Assembly: GCA_051294375.1 (NCBI GenBank)
Contig: CM119265.1
Location: forward strand, 14,396,414 to 14,460,413
Length of the DNA: 64,000 nt
Source: Paraspadella gotoi
Taxonomy: Eukaryota > Animalia > Chaetognatha
Direction: 5' to 3'
Below, piece after piece: positions 1 through 12,545 of this stretch. Within the stretch, counting starts at the first letter, position 1, and each line of letters begins with the position of its first letter. A program made the position numbers and the translations under genes. The notes beneath the pieces are model-generated. The model saw only the letters and a program-made list of their open reading frames with translations. It was not told the origin of the DNA and did no database searches.

Positions 1-238
1 ACTTGTTTCTGCCAGGGTGACGTCTCCACCGCCTCACGACCTGATGAGGGGCTGTCCCCGCCCGGCGTTGGACGCAAGCCACGGTCAATGTTGGAGGCGT
101 GTTGTCACTTTCCAACTGGGAGTTAGCCGTGGCGGTTGAAGATTCTACTGGCCCTTGCGAAAAGGAGGCTAACGAAGGGATGGATGAAGATAATTCTATC
201 TCTTCAATTGCCATCACTTCCATTTCTATTTCCTCCAT
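1..238 (-). CDS. N-terminal coding exon of a DHHC palmitoyltransferase, ZDHHC9/14/18 (Erf2) subfamily; continues off the window
   Basis: Minus-strand acceptor TTTTTTTCAAAG before 250. The open frame from ATG 238 reads MEEIEMEVMAIEE...HQVVRRWRRHPGRNK and runs off the edge. RRWxxHPGRNK matches the recalled N-terminal (R/K)WExxPGRN(K/T)F motif of ZDHHC9/14/18. The DHHC domain is not in the window. Confidence 0.7.
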   Translation of the reverse strand, partial: MEEIEMEVMAIEEIELSSSIPSLASFSQGPVESSTATANSQLESDNTPPTLTVACVQRRAGTAPHQVVRRWRRHPGRNK

Positions 239-3131
239 TTCCAAAGGTCGCTTTGAAAAAATAAAAACAGAAATACTATATCAGTAAAATAGTTGTCTGA
301 AACTAGTTCATATACCTATATTCAAAATAAAACTAGAATATTATGGTGGAGAGACTAATTAGTATACATCATAAAAATGTTGTTTAGAAATTGTTTTTTC
401 GTCGATGGTTATTATTACAATATTTGTAAATTTTGTTTTATTAGTAGAAATTGCTAACTACAATTTTTAAGGCATTTTTATTTTTAAGCAATACTTCAAT
501 AAAATTTTTTAAATAAGATTAATATATATAATACAGAAGGCTTCATATTATAAAATGAGGTACCAGTTTTTTGTGACCAGATCACGTTCCCACCAAATTA
601 CCCGATTGAATTTCATGAAATTTTCCAGTGTCCTAATGACGATAATAAGAGAAGAGATGCAGGGCTCTGGGGCTGGAACCCTGAGGGACCAAAAGAAGCT
701 AAAAAATTTTATTTCATTTTTAAAAATTTTAAAGTAGCATCAGGTGCATCTTAAGCATATATAAAAACTTTTTAGAACTAAAATTGATAAATTTTCTATT
801 TATTTGTAATATTCCCAAATTTTTCAAAATCTGACTTGAAAGGTTGTTTAGTTTTTGCGGAACAGATTATGGTCACAAAGCCTGTATACAATAATAACTT
901 TCATTTAAATTTTTGAGAATCTGTTTGGAAAAATAAATTTGTTTAAAAAGTTACAATAAAAATCGATTTAGTAGAATGACAAACAGAATTTATTGAGAGA
1001 ACTGTTGGAAAAAGTGATGAATTTTGATTCACCTTAATTATCATACATAGTTGAAAACTCTTAAAAAGACCATGACGAATTTTTTTTTTCTTTTTTAATT
1101 TAATAAGTTCGTTATTAAGGTTATAGGGTAAGGTTTTAACTTAGTGGTAGTCGTTATGGTTCATTGAACATTAATGAATAGAAAAATAACAAAATTTAAG
1201 ATATAGAATTTCATTCATCCTGATTTTAGTATAAAAAATCAAAATAATATAATGATGATTTTTTTATTAAAATTCATATTTTAAGTAGAAAAATATTAAT
1301 AAAATTGGATAAAATAAAGTTTAATAAGATTATATAGAATTAAAATTTCACTTAAATAATTTATCTATATTTATAAATGTTTAATTATAAGTAAAATGAT
1401 ATTTTTTCAATTTTAAGATCGGATTTAAATTAAAAAAGTATAAGCTATTTGTGAAATTTTGTCATTAAGTTAGTCAAAATTGTAAAAAAAATATTTTTTA
1501 TCTAAATTTGAAAATTATTTTGATAAACAGTTTTTAATATTTTTGACAAACTTAATTACAAAATTTTGGAAAAGTGAAATCCTGTCTTAAAAAAGACAAA
1601 GATATTATTTAAAAATATCGTCCTCACCATTAAATTCTTTGGACTTTTTACAGAAAAATAAGGTTGAATAAAGTTTTATATCTTATATTTTGGTATATTT
1701 AAACGCCCTAATAAACATGAGTAACAAGTTATAGTTTGGGTACGGGAAAAGCAAAAGGTTATAGATTGGTTACGGTTAGGAAAAACAATTTAAACCGTTG
1801 CACAAAATACAATCAAAATAATCGAGCACGAAATTGTGATGGGCAAAAATAAAGAAATATTGTTTAAATTTTGTTAAATTGTGTTTTTGACTTTCGTGCA
1901 AGATTAAGATTAGTTGGCTGAAAAAAAGTGAAAAGTATCTCGAAAGATAACCACTGTTTTAGTTAAACCGAAAAATCACGAAGCAAAATAAAAACTGGAT
2001 TAGTGTGATGTTATAAGATGTTAAACTAGTGAAACGAGCTTTTTCGCGAAGTAATGTTTTAATTAATAGCTTTGGGTAAATTCGACTGCCATTTAATTAA
2101 AATAAAAAAGGTCCCAAAAACTTACCTTATTTTAATTTAGTCCAAACGTAATTTTTCTATGAGTATGAGTCTGCACTTTTCAGTATTTCTGTAGTTAATG
2201 TTTACCGCTTTCTTGGCATTTTTAAATCACGAGGTTTTTCTCTGTTCTAGCTCTTTTCTTCTTTTGAGTTTGACCTTAACTTGACTTAAAAGGCCAGATC
2301 AATCACATCGGCTGTCTGACAGTCCTGAATCGTGAGCGTCCTTAGTTCAGGATGACCAAATTAGGTAAAAATCTGTTTCCAGTTTGTTCCTTCCTGTACT
2401 TTCTCCATTTATTTTTTCGCCATTCCGGGAGCAGCTACGTACAAGTAACTTGTCAGTCAGTCTGTCAGTCGATATTTCCGTTGGTTTTTTTCACTTAAGC
2501 ATTATTAATACTTACCATTTAGGTGATGTAGCCTAAGATGAAAAACTTTCATATACTTGTGCAGTTATGTTTGATTGAAGTACCATCAAATGTCCAGAAA
2601 GTAAAGTTTATTTAATCCGGAGTGATTTTAGTTTGTACTTAGCTGAAAGGTGAGATTTCATTGTACATTTGTGCAGCTATTTCTCGCTTGTGAAGTCATG
2701 CTTGATCAGATTGTTATTGCGGCTTATTTTGTATCATACTTGCTTAATTTAGCTAAATTAAAATAATTAAAAATAAAATGTTAAAATTTTAAAATAGTTT
2801 TTTATAAGATTTTTTTGCAGATTTAGATTCGTCATGAGAAGTTAATATTAAGAAATATAACTCTTTTTTAAAAATTCTTTCATTTATCAAATATTAAAAA
2901 AACCTATATTTTATGCAGTAAATTAAAATTGTATATATTAAATAAAGTTTTTTTAATTTTTAACCCACCTAATGAAAGAATTTTTAAAAATTATTTATGT
3001 TTTCTTTTATCAACTTTTGACGAGGAATTCAAATCTGCAATCAAAATTAAGAAAAGCCTATTTTAAAATTTTTCGATTTTATAAGGATAGTACTTGTGTA
3101 ATTTTCTCTCTTTTCGTTGTTCAATAAGATG

Positions 3132-3760
3132 AGCAGATTCAAAAAACGAAAGTTTTTAGTATTTTTACAACGATTTTTTATTACAGATTATTGGACATGT
3201 TTCGACTCTTATTTTTTCGAGTGAAAACATGTCCAATAATCTGTAATAAAAAAGTGTTGTAAAAATACTAAAAACTTTCTTTTTTTTTGAATCTGCTTAA
3301 GGATAGTACTATGGTGGACTAAAATCCACCAACCATTCATCAGCGGCCATTGGTGCCGGAGGCAAGTCATTCGCCTCCCAACCTAAAGGTCCGGGGTTCA
3401 AGTCCGGTGGTCGCCTAGCAGTTGGGAGGGACGGGGCGCTTGGCCCGCCTGTGGCACGGTTTTGCAGCCTGATCCGGGGCTCGGGGACTGCTTGTGACTA
3501 ACACATAACAATTATTACTGTCTCTTCAGTACTATATATATATATAATTATATATATATATGAACATTAGATTGATTTAATTAACAGAAAAAACCCATTC
3601 GGGAAACTCCTTGGAACTATCAGGGGAGACCTTTGTACATGTATATATATATATATACTTTATATAGTACTATCCTTAAGCAGATTCAAAAAACGAAAGT
3701 TTTTAGTATTTTTACAACGATTTTTTATTACAGATTATGGGACATGTTTCGACTCAAAAA
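3132..3760. repeat. Triple-arm inverted repeat (A, A', A) with truncated hammerhead-type ends
   Basis: 3132-3210 and ~3222-3300 are reverse complements (GCAGATTCAAAAAACGAAAGTTTTTAGT... / ...ACTAAAAACTTTC...TTTGAATCTGC). A third arm lies at ~3664-3760. The arms end in GGACATGTTTCGACTC. Confidence 0.8.
3312..3510 (+). mobile_element. tRNA(Gly-CCC)-like element, probable solo LTR of a tRNA-bearing TRIM (family 2) or a SINE
   Basis: tRNA-like module 3343-3414: acceptor stem GCGGCCA/TGGTCGC, A box TGGTGCCGGAGG, B box GGTTCAAGTCC, CTCCCAA loop. The downstream GGGACGGGGCG block is shared with 18376-18612. Ends are TG...ACA with flanks ACTA/ATTA. Confidence 0.6.
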
Positions 3761-4387
3761 AATGTATAAATAAATTAAAATTAAAAAACATAAAATAATT
3801 TTTTTTTATAAATTAATGTTCAATCGTGATATGTCGTTCATAATTGACATTTAGAATTTTCGTATGTAACTTTCACTACGCTCTAGTGCACATAAGAAAT
3901 TCACTGCGACGTAATACCTTGAATTCTTCGGTTTTTGTCTATGGGCTAGGGGTTTCCCTTTTTACTTCTCTTGTCCCGTTTCTCTACAACAGTGTTTTAA
4001 ATATCGAGTGTCTCAGACAATGAACCGAAAAGGGCGGCTTGAGAAAACCCTCCGTACGATTATAAAACTAAAACGTTATAATGTATAGACAAGTCAAGTC
4101 ATTTTGAAAAATTACTTAGTGGAGGTGGTCGAGATAAAAATGGCGAACCAAATGAGATGAATCGATTTATTGAAATCAGAAAAGCTAATTGGCTAATTGT
4201 ACAAAGTGGCATTCATTTTTATACGGCGAGAGAGAAAAAATTTGGTTTACATTTGTAAAGTAAATAATTCTAAAAATACTTCCAAATAAGGTAACTTTTG
4301 CGACCGGCGTTTGAACAGAGAGTGCAAAACAATTTCTTAGCGGGCATTTGAATTTTTTAAGAATTCGAACGGCGATTTTATTTTCTT

Positions 4388-4651
4388 TAAGGCGCTAAGT
4401 GGGGCTGAAGAGTGCTATCCGTAACTTCTTTAACCCCCTCTCGCAGCCATGGAACGGGTCCTGGGCTTGGAACCAGGCTTGAGGGTTTTCCATGCCCCCA
4501 AGGCGGCTTACGGCCGTCCTCACGCTTCCCGCAGGGATTGAACCCGATACCTAGTGGTCATAAGCTGATGGCTTTACTCAATGAGCCACCGGGTCACGAC
4601 TGAAGGTGTCATGCTTATTGGCGGGGTGAACCTATGCAATGCCCGACTACA
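4388..4651 (-). mobile_element. Solo LTR (nearly full length) of the tRNA-bearing TRIM family 1
   Basis: Reverse complement of the LTRs at 29692-29976 and 30098-30381, with a small internal deletion and the terminal TCCACA missing. Confidence 0.9.
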
Positions 4652-4792
4652 ATGATAATCAGGAACCTAATCTAATTGAACTTTTAGAAAAAGCAGAGGT
4701 TTAAAAATTATTTTTATTACGTCAAAAGAACACTTTAAAAAACCTACTAGGACCAGAGCCAATTGTAGGGTACAAATTATGATTTTCTTTAG

Positions 4793-7700
4793 GATACTCT
4801 GGAGGGTGCTTTCCACCGCGCCGTTCTCGAAATTCACAAGAACAACTTTCCATTCGCTAATTACTACATAGATGCGGCAAGAGATATTCTCGACACTGAC
4901 CTCACAGCGATGGTCGGAGAAAGTTACCAAAGGGCATATGGGTCCATGGTTACCGGTGAGGCTTCTACCTATATACAAATTCTATTTCTGTAATAGAAAG
5001 TGTAACATTGAAATATTCCCATTATTATTAAACGCATTATTTTAGTTCAAATGCTCTCAGAGCTGGAAGAGGTAATTTATTACAAACTAATTCCGGACGC
5101 GAGAGATAAAATCAAGCTTATGTGGTGGAACAGACTTCAGGTGATTTCTCGGCAAGGTTTATGTCAACGTCCGATTTACGTAACAATATATTTTCTTTGA
5201 CTCAAGGGTTGTCAACGAATGGTAGAAGACTGGGCGCGCATCCTGCACGTACGTTCGCTTGTAATGACGCCCCAAGAAGACGTTAGAACTTGGCTAAAGT
5301 TCGCTTCGCTTTGTCGAAAAAGTAAGAAGGACAATAAAATTCGAAAAGACTGAATGACATTGAGTTGCCGCTTTCAATGAGTTTTTCTATTCTGGTTTTT
5401 CAGGTGGACGAATAACTTTAGCCAACCGAACACTGACGATGTTACTAGGATACGATCCTGTTTCGCGCCTTGTCGTAGATTCCGGAACACCTTCGGGCGG
5501 GCCCGATCGCCGAACGCCGACAACTCCGACACCGGATAATTTATCCGCTCTCTCGGCGACCACCCCAATGGGGCTTAGTCTTGGAAACGCTGCTCCACCG
5601 CATCAGGTTCCTTTGAAACGTTTAAATAACGTAAAGTAACTAAGCCTATTTGAATTTTTCATCCTCTATCGTTTCAGCCATTGCCTCAAATGTCCGGTGG
5701 CATTTTGGATCACTGCCACATCGCTTTCTCTGTCACGAAGCATCTTCACTGTCTCAACAAAAAGAATGAAGCCTTCGCCGAACTCCAGCGCCTCGTCCAG
5801 TACAACCTGCATCCGCTGGTCCTGCAGCAGTACGCCGCCGCGGCTGCCCACGGTCATCAAGGAGTGCCGGGCCCCATGCCCGTCGAGGCTCTCGGTAACG
5901 CCGCCGGCAACAGCGCCGCCGCTGAGCAGCAGAGGCAGATTCTCAACAAACTCATGGCCAAGTGCTATTTGAAGTTGGGCGATTGGTTGAAGGAGATTCA
6001 GGTTTGAGAAGAAACACACCTTAATTATATTATGGTCAATTTCGAGACTATTTGCGCTTTTCTCAAAGGATCTACAAGAAGAATCGATACCGCGAATATT
6101 GGAATTTTTCAATTTAGCCACCGAACATGATTCTTCTTGGTAAATAGTACGTGTGTTTCGGAAAGAACGATGACGTTTTTTTCCCTTTTTTTTTTTACAA
6201 AAACGTATTACAATCTACCTTAGGTACAAAGCGTGGCACGCCTGGGCTCTCAACAACTTTGAGGCGGTTCTATATTACAAGTTGAAACTCGCGTCTGTTG
6301 GGACGTCACCGATGACAGGAAGTGACGACGCTGAGTCCGCCAGCGCAGCGGACGGTGGAGATCATTCAAACGGAGGGAATCAGACAAACAACTCTTCGCC
6401 TCCCGGGTGCGTGAGTCAGATTATCTTTCTGTCGCCCTTAGCATTATTCACTGGTTTCTTTTTCGTTTCGCAGAACTCGAGCCGTCTGGACTCGCATGAT
6501 GCACAAATACATAGTTCCAGCGGTTTCGGGCTTCTTCCGCTCAATTATGCTGTCGGACGGTCCCGCACGCGGAAACAGCCTACAGGACACGCTTCGCCTG
6601 CTTACGTTGTGGTTTGATTACGGACATCTGCCTGACGTCTACGAGGCATTGGTCGAGGGAATCAACAAGATTCAGATTGACAATTGGCTGCAGGTAAAAC
6701 TCGACCCGAGGAACCTTTTTAAACGTAAAATACCAAACCTACGTAAATATGATTTTTAAAGGTGATTCCGCAACTTATCGCCCGTATTGATATGCCACGA
6801 CAGCTGGTGAGGAAACTCATTCACCAATTGTTCATGGACATTGGGAAATTCCACCCGCAAGCCCTCATTTACCCACTCACCGTTGCTTCTAAGTCAAACG
6901 AGCCTGCCAGGTATGTATTTCGGTTTTAGTTTTGTTGGTCGTCGGTCTAAAACTGTTAGACACAAATTGAGCTCTCTGCAATGAATTCCGCTCATCAAAA
7001 TAATCAATGGATCTCAATTGATTTTGGTTTTGTTTCAGGTGCGACGCCGCGAATAGAATTTTGAAAATAATGTGCGAACACAGTGATACGCTCGTGCAAC
7101 AAGTAATAAATTAATTCAAGCAGTATGTTTGCTTTACGTACTTACATAATTCATTTTACTAAATGGCTCTTTAGGCTATGTTGGTCAGCGAGGAGCTTAT
7201 CCGAGTCGCCATTCTTTGGCACGAATTGTGGCACGAAGGTTTGGAAGAAGCGTCCAGATTGTATTTTGGCGAAAGAAATATCAAAGGTTAGCGTATTTGT
7301 AGGGTTACGTATGTTGTATTGTTTAATCGAGACGTTTGGAAAATTAAAATACGTTATTACAGATTTTACTTCAAACCTACTTATTTTTAAAGGAATGTTC
7401 GCAACGTTGGAACCTCTTCACGCGATGATGGAGCGCGGACCTCAAACTTTGAAGGAAACTTCTTTCAATCAGTCCTATGGTCGTGAGTTGATGGAAGCCG
7501 CGGAATGGTGCAAGAAGTACACCAGATCTGGCAACATGAAGGTAATGATTTTTATGGAGCAATGTCTCATCATTTAACGATTCATTAAAAATTATTTCAC
7601 ATAATGCTAGGACTTGAATCAAGCATGGGATCTTTATTATCACGTCTTTAGAAGAATTTCAAAGCAATTGCCGCAGGTAAAGATTTAAAATGAACACTCT

Positions 7701-10432
7701 TAATGTCGATTTTATATGACAACTCCTCAAATTTTCTCAGTTAACTGCTCTGGAACTACATTACGTATCTCCAAAACTTCTTATGTGTAAGGATTTGGAA
7801 TTAGCCGTTCCAGGAACCTACGACCCGAACGGTCCCATAGTGCGAATCGCCAAAGTCGAAAGCGCCCTCCAGGTAAATATTATTCAACTCTTTCAGTCTT
7901 AAATGCTCTTGTGAGTTGGCTTCAGCGCATTTTAAACTTTCGTCGAGAACAGGTAATCACGTCAAAACAGCGTCCACGGCGCTTATGCATCCGCGGTAGC
8001 AACGGGCGAGAGTTCATGTTTTTGCTCAAAGGTCACGAGGACCTGCGGCAGGACGAGCGCGTCATGCAGCTCTTTGGTCTCGTCAACACTCTGCTCGCTA
8101 CAAGCCATGAAACGCTCAGGTAAATATAAAGGGGGAAAAAAAGGTTTAGTCGGATGACATATTAGCTGACAACTATTTCCTTTAATAACGCCCCGTCGCC
8201 CCCCAGACGAAACTTGGCCATCCAAAGATTCGCCATCGTCCCCTTGTCTACGAACAGCGGACTCATCGGCTGGGTCCCCACTTGCGACACCCTCCACTCT
8301 CTGATTCGAGATTATCGGGAGAAGAAGAAGATCCTCCTCAACATCGAGCACCGAATCATGCTTCGAATGGCGCCCGACTATGACCACTTGACCCTCATGC
8401 AGAAGGTGGAGGTAAGTGGCTTACTCGAGATTAAAGCGTGAAATCTTGATCTCATTATTTCGACCAAGTTCAAAAGGGCTTCTTCGATCCAGTTTAATGA
8501 CCTCTTTTCGTTAATTAACAGGTATTCGAACACGCGATCGATTCGACGCAAGGAGACGATTTGGCGAAGATTTTGTGGAACAAAAGTCCAAACTCAGAAA
8601 TATGGTTCGACCGACGAACCAACTACACTCGATCTCTAGCCGTTATGTCAATGGTAAGTATAAAAATTTGGATTTTTGTTCCAATATCAAAGAGATCGAT
8701 TCCGTCATTTTTTCTATTTCAGTTTGAATATACCAATAGGTGTCGCCTAATTCAGTGAGGTGGTTAAGAAATTAGAATGAAGCACCTGCTCAAACGAAAA
8801 TTTATACATTTTTTTAAAAAAATTAATAGACACAATATTTTTAATATTACTCTATACATTTATATTTATCTTTTAATATTTATTTAGAGATAGGAAAGAC
8901 TAAAACAATTTATAAGATTTTTTTATTTTTAAAATCAGATTCGAGTAGCTTGCAAAAAGTTGTCTGCACAAAGTATAATTTTTTTGGGGGATATTTTGAT
9001 CATAAGTTGGTAAAAAAAAACCGTTAATAATCATCATCATGGGGCTGGGGCGATTGACTTGAAATTTTGTATGTGGGTCGGTAAATGTGTGATAGCTTGA
9101 AATCAAATTTCGATGGAATCGTCTGAGTGGAAATGAGTTTAAATGAAAAAAAAAACCTGTTTCACTAATTGATTATGCTTCTTTTTCTTTTTATATTAAA
9201 TTTAAATGCAAAATGTATTAATTAATCAAATAATTAATGAGTTAATCAATCAATCAATATATTTATCTATTAATTAATTATTTAATCAAGTCAATCGTTA
9301 ACGGCATTATTGTTGTCATCGCCATCATCGTCATCGTTGCTTTTGTCGTGGTCAGTGATGAAAAGACCTAAAAACAAACATTTTGGACCAAATTAATTCA
9401 TTTATTTATTAATTAATTACCTCTTATGATCGTGGGCAGATCCGACATTGTTTGCTCAAACTTGTTTATTTAACTTTCTTTGCTATTTAGACTTCAAGAC
9501 TAAAGTTTTGAACCCCCGCCTCTTTTGATTTTAATTTCATAGTAGATTTCTAGTACTAATCTGAATATTTTTTTTAATTTGTAATTAATTTTTTTTTATC
9601 ATTAAGTTTTTTTTCCGATTTAATAGGTCGGTTACATCCTTGGTCTTGGAGACAGGCATCCATCCAATCTTATGTTGGACAGACTTTCCGGGAAAATCAT
9701 GCACATCGACTTTGGAGACTGCTTCGAGGTGGCGATGACAAGAGAAAAATTTCCCGAAAAAATCCCTTTTAGGTGAGCGGCATCTCTTTGATTTCGTGAC
9801 TATTAGATTTGTTAGTTTTTTTGTTTTTTTACTATCAGATTGACACGAATGTTAATTAACGCGATGGAGGTGACGGGTATCGAAGGGAATTATCGCACAA
9901 TGTGCGAGTCGGTGATGAAGGTCATGCGAGAGCACAAGGACTCTGTCATGGCTGTTCTCGAGGCATTTGTCTATGATCCTTTGCTCAACTGGAGGCTGAT
10001 GGACATTCAGGTTTGATCGAAATAGAAAAATAAATATTTTGACAAACATTCTATACGCCCGTCCTTGTCTTTTAGACCAAAGAGGCGCAAGGTTCGAAGC
10101 CCCGCGCCCGCGAGGGCGCCAACGATCAAGGTGATGGGGGCAACGAAGGAGAAGGCGGAGGGCCGCGGACGCGGTCTTCCCGGGTTAGCATCAAAGGGGG
10201 GGCGCCTCCCAACGGAGACCAGCTGGCGTCTATAAGCGACGACGGCGAACCTGAAGCCCTCAATACGAAAGCCCTCGCCATCGTCAACCGCGTCAGAGAC
10301 AAGCTTACGGGAAGGGACTTCGCTACGGACGAGCCCGTCGACGTCCCGAAACAAGTGGAACTTTTAATCCAACAGGCCACGTCACACGAAAACCTTTGCC
10401 AATGCTATATCGGTTGGTGTCCCTTTTGGTGA
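4793..10432 (+). CDS. MTOR: Serine/threonine-protein kinase mTOR, 3' part (FAT, FRB, kinase, FATC); multi-exon, 5' exons lie outside the window
   Basis: Spliced exons from 4793-4955 ([11 protein letters not shown]...ESYQRAYG), 5046-5140 (QMLSELEEV), [15 protein letters not shown] ([17 protein letters not shown]...AWDLYYHVF), [36 protein letters not shown] and terminal [17 protein letters not shown] (10430-10432). Confidence 0.98.
9000..9467 (+). mobile_element. 5'-truncated Helentron-associated (HINE/DINE-1-like) element in an mTOR intron
   Basis: Shares TTGAAATTTTGT..GTG and the 3' end GATCGTGGGCAGATCCGACATTGTTTGCTCAAACTTGTTT with the copies at 45737, 46460 and 52565. The 5' boundary is approximate. 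Confidence 0.7.
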
Positions 10433-10721
10433 AAAAGAATTTCAGAGGCAAGGGGGGAGAATTTACGTCAACTAAAACTTAATAAACTGTCGTTCATCGA
10501 AGAACTTATCCAGAATTGCGTGTTTACCCACTTTAGTTATAGTCGCAGTTTTTATCATTGCTCAATCAACGTTTTTTATTAGCAAATCCTTCGCCTTCTT
10601 CTAATGTTTTCTTTTGTTTGAAATTGTATTCTTTCTCTCATTTTTAATGCATTTTTAGTCTTCTAATAAATTTAATGTGGCAGGAACAACTGGCGTTGTT
10701 TATCTTCCTTCGGCGTTCTAG

Positions 10722-12298
10722 ATGGCGTCCAGGTTGCGCGCCGCCATCTCCTCCAAAAACCCCGAAGCTTTGCTCAGCGTTTTAAAAGAGCCCGGGACAG
10801 GGTTAGACCTTAACGTTGTAATCAACGGGTGCACTCCCTTAGGACTTGCCACCTACATTGATTTTCCGGCGGGCGTTGAGATACTGTTGCGAGGTGGAGC
10901 CGACGCCAACGCTCAGAGCTACGTAGCTGATCTCTACCACTGGAAAGGAACGGAGGCGCCTCTTCACGCTGTTTGCCGTCGACGAAACGGTATTTCTGGT
11001 ACCAACAATCTCCAAATCGCCAAGATCCTGTTGAGGTTGACAAAAGCGCGATAGTTTTCGCGTATCAATTTTAAGCAGTTAAATATTTTTTTTAAATCTG
11101 CAGTCATGGCGCACTTACCTCCGCCACGGACTCCTGCAATGCAACGCCGCTTTTGTACGCTGTAAATCACCATAATCACGAAATGGCGGCGTTGTTGATC
11201 GAAGGTGGAGCTGATCCTCGACAAAGAATCCGCTTAAGCGATGGGCGTCGCACTTCCGCCGTACACGAGGCCATCGAAGAAGTGACGCAGGACAAACGCG
11301 TCTTCGAAATCCTCTGGACTCGCCTCCTCCGGGACAAGTCGGCGTGGGCGCCCATCGATGAAGACGGTAACACGCCCTTACACATCGCCGCGAAGATGGG
11401 TGCCAAGGATTTGATCGAAAAGATGCTTTCGTCCTGCTCCTGCTCCTGCTCCTTAAGGTCGGATATTACTTTGCGCCTGTGCTTCGTGTTAGTATCTAAG
11501 CGCTTTCGTTAACTAAGATACCGTTCATGCAGTAACGAGCACGCGTTAAACAAAAATCTCGAGGCCCCTTTGACTATCGCCGTATCATTTCGGCGACCTT
11601 CTGTTGTGGGCGCTCTTGTAGCTCTTGGTCGGCCATTCTCGCATCGCTTGCCCACTTTCCATTCACCATTGTTTCGCGCCTTCAGAATGACACTGGACGA
11701 CGGACGTTACGATCCAGCTAGGTGCGAAGGATCTTTATTTTCAAGCTTGGCCTACAGTACAAGTTCTTGAATAACAATATGTCATAAACATCAGAGATGC
11801 CGGATTCCCCGCCGTCCCTATCGTTCAAAGATTGTTCCGTCAAAGCCTTTTCCTCCGTATCTGCGATTTGATTGTCGACGCAGGTTTCTCACTGGATTCC
11901 GAGTTTTGGTTAGAGCATAACTTCGACCAACTTAGGGGAGATAACGCACCCGTCGCCTTCAGGTTTCAATTTTTGGTCAGAAAGTGATGAGTGTACTGTG
12001 TACTGTGAATAAGCAATCACTATTTTTGTTTTCCAGGGATGTGTCGTGGGAAAACGTGCATCCCGATCTGCTCTCCGAGTGTCGAACGGTATTCGACAGT
12101 CTTAAGACTCGGAGACGAACCCCATTGTCCTTGAAAAACTTATCGAGACTCGCGATACGAGAGAGGCTTCTATCCAAATGCCCTTCTTGTTGGGGAGTGA
12201 AACATCGAATCAGCGATGGAATTATTTTGAAACAAATGATCGAAACGCTCGAGTTGCCTGCCATCCTGCGACGATTTCTTATGTTCCGGGATGAATAA
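10722..12298 (+). CDS. Ankyrin repeat and SOCS box (ASB-like) protein, ~5 exons
   Basis: Ankyrin motifs GCTPLGLA, EAPLHAVC, NATPLLYAV, DGNTPLHIAA, and a C-terminal SOCS box PLSLKNLSRLAIRERL...IETLELPAILRRFL. Short GT-AG introns join the ORFs 10722, 11153, 11570 and 11984. Confidence 0.88.
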
Positions 12299-12545
12299 AA
12301 TACATTTCATTTGCTCAAAATTAAATCGTAGTCGACGTGTTATATTTAAAAGGCTGCTGTCGAATTCTTCAAGTTGAGATTTTTAAAAATCTTATTCGCG
12401 TTTAATTTAATTTTCTCTTCGTTTTGCACTTCTCTATTATTTATTAACGCTCCTGTTAATTATTAACCTTTTTTAAAGTAGTTATGGAACCGACTAAGTG
12501 CCTTTTCGCGGTGTTTTTTGTTCGAGCGCCCAATTTCCGTGAAGG

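Noticed and set aside
41-75. CTGATGAG near the window start as a hammerhead
   Set aside because: No GAAA or stem III follows, and it lies in the antisense of the ZDHHC-like coding exon.
3343-3414. Functional tRNA-Gly gene
   Set aside because: The anticodon stem does not pair, there is no oligo-T terminator, and it is embedded in a dispersed repeat.
4412-4603. Short ORFs repeated at 4412, 30195 and 56796 as a small protein family
   Set aside because: They are antisense or alternative frames of the LTR, and the frame is not conserved between copies.
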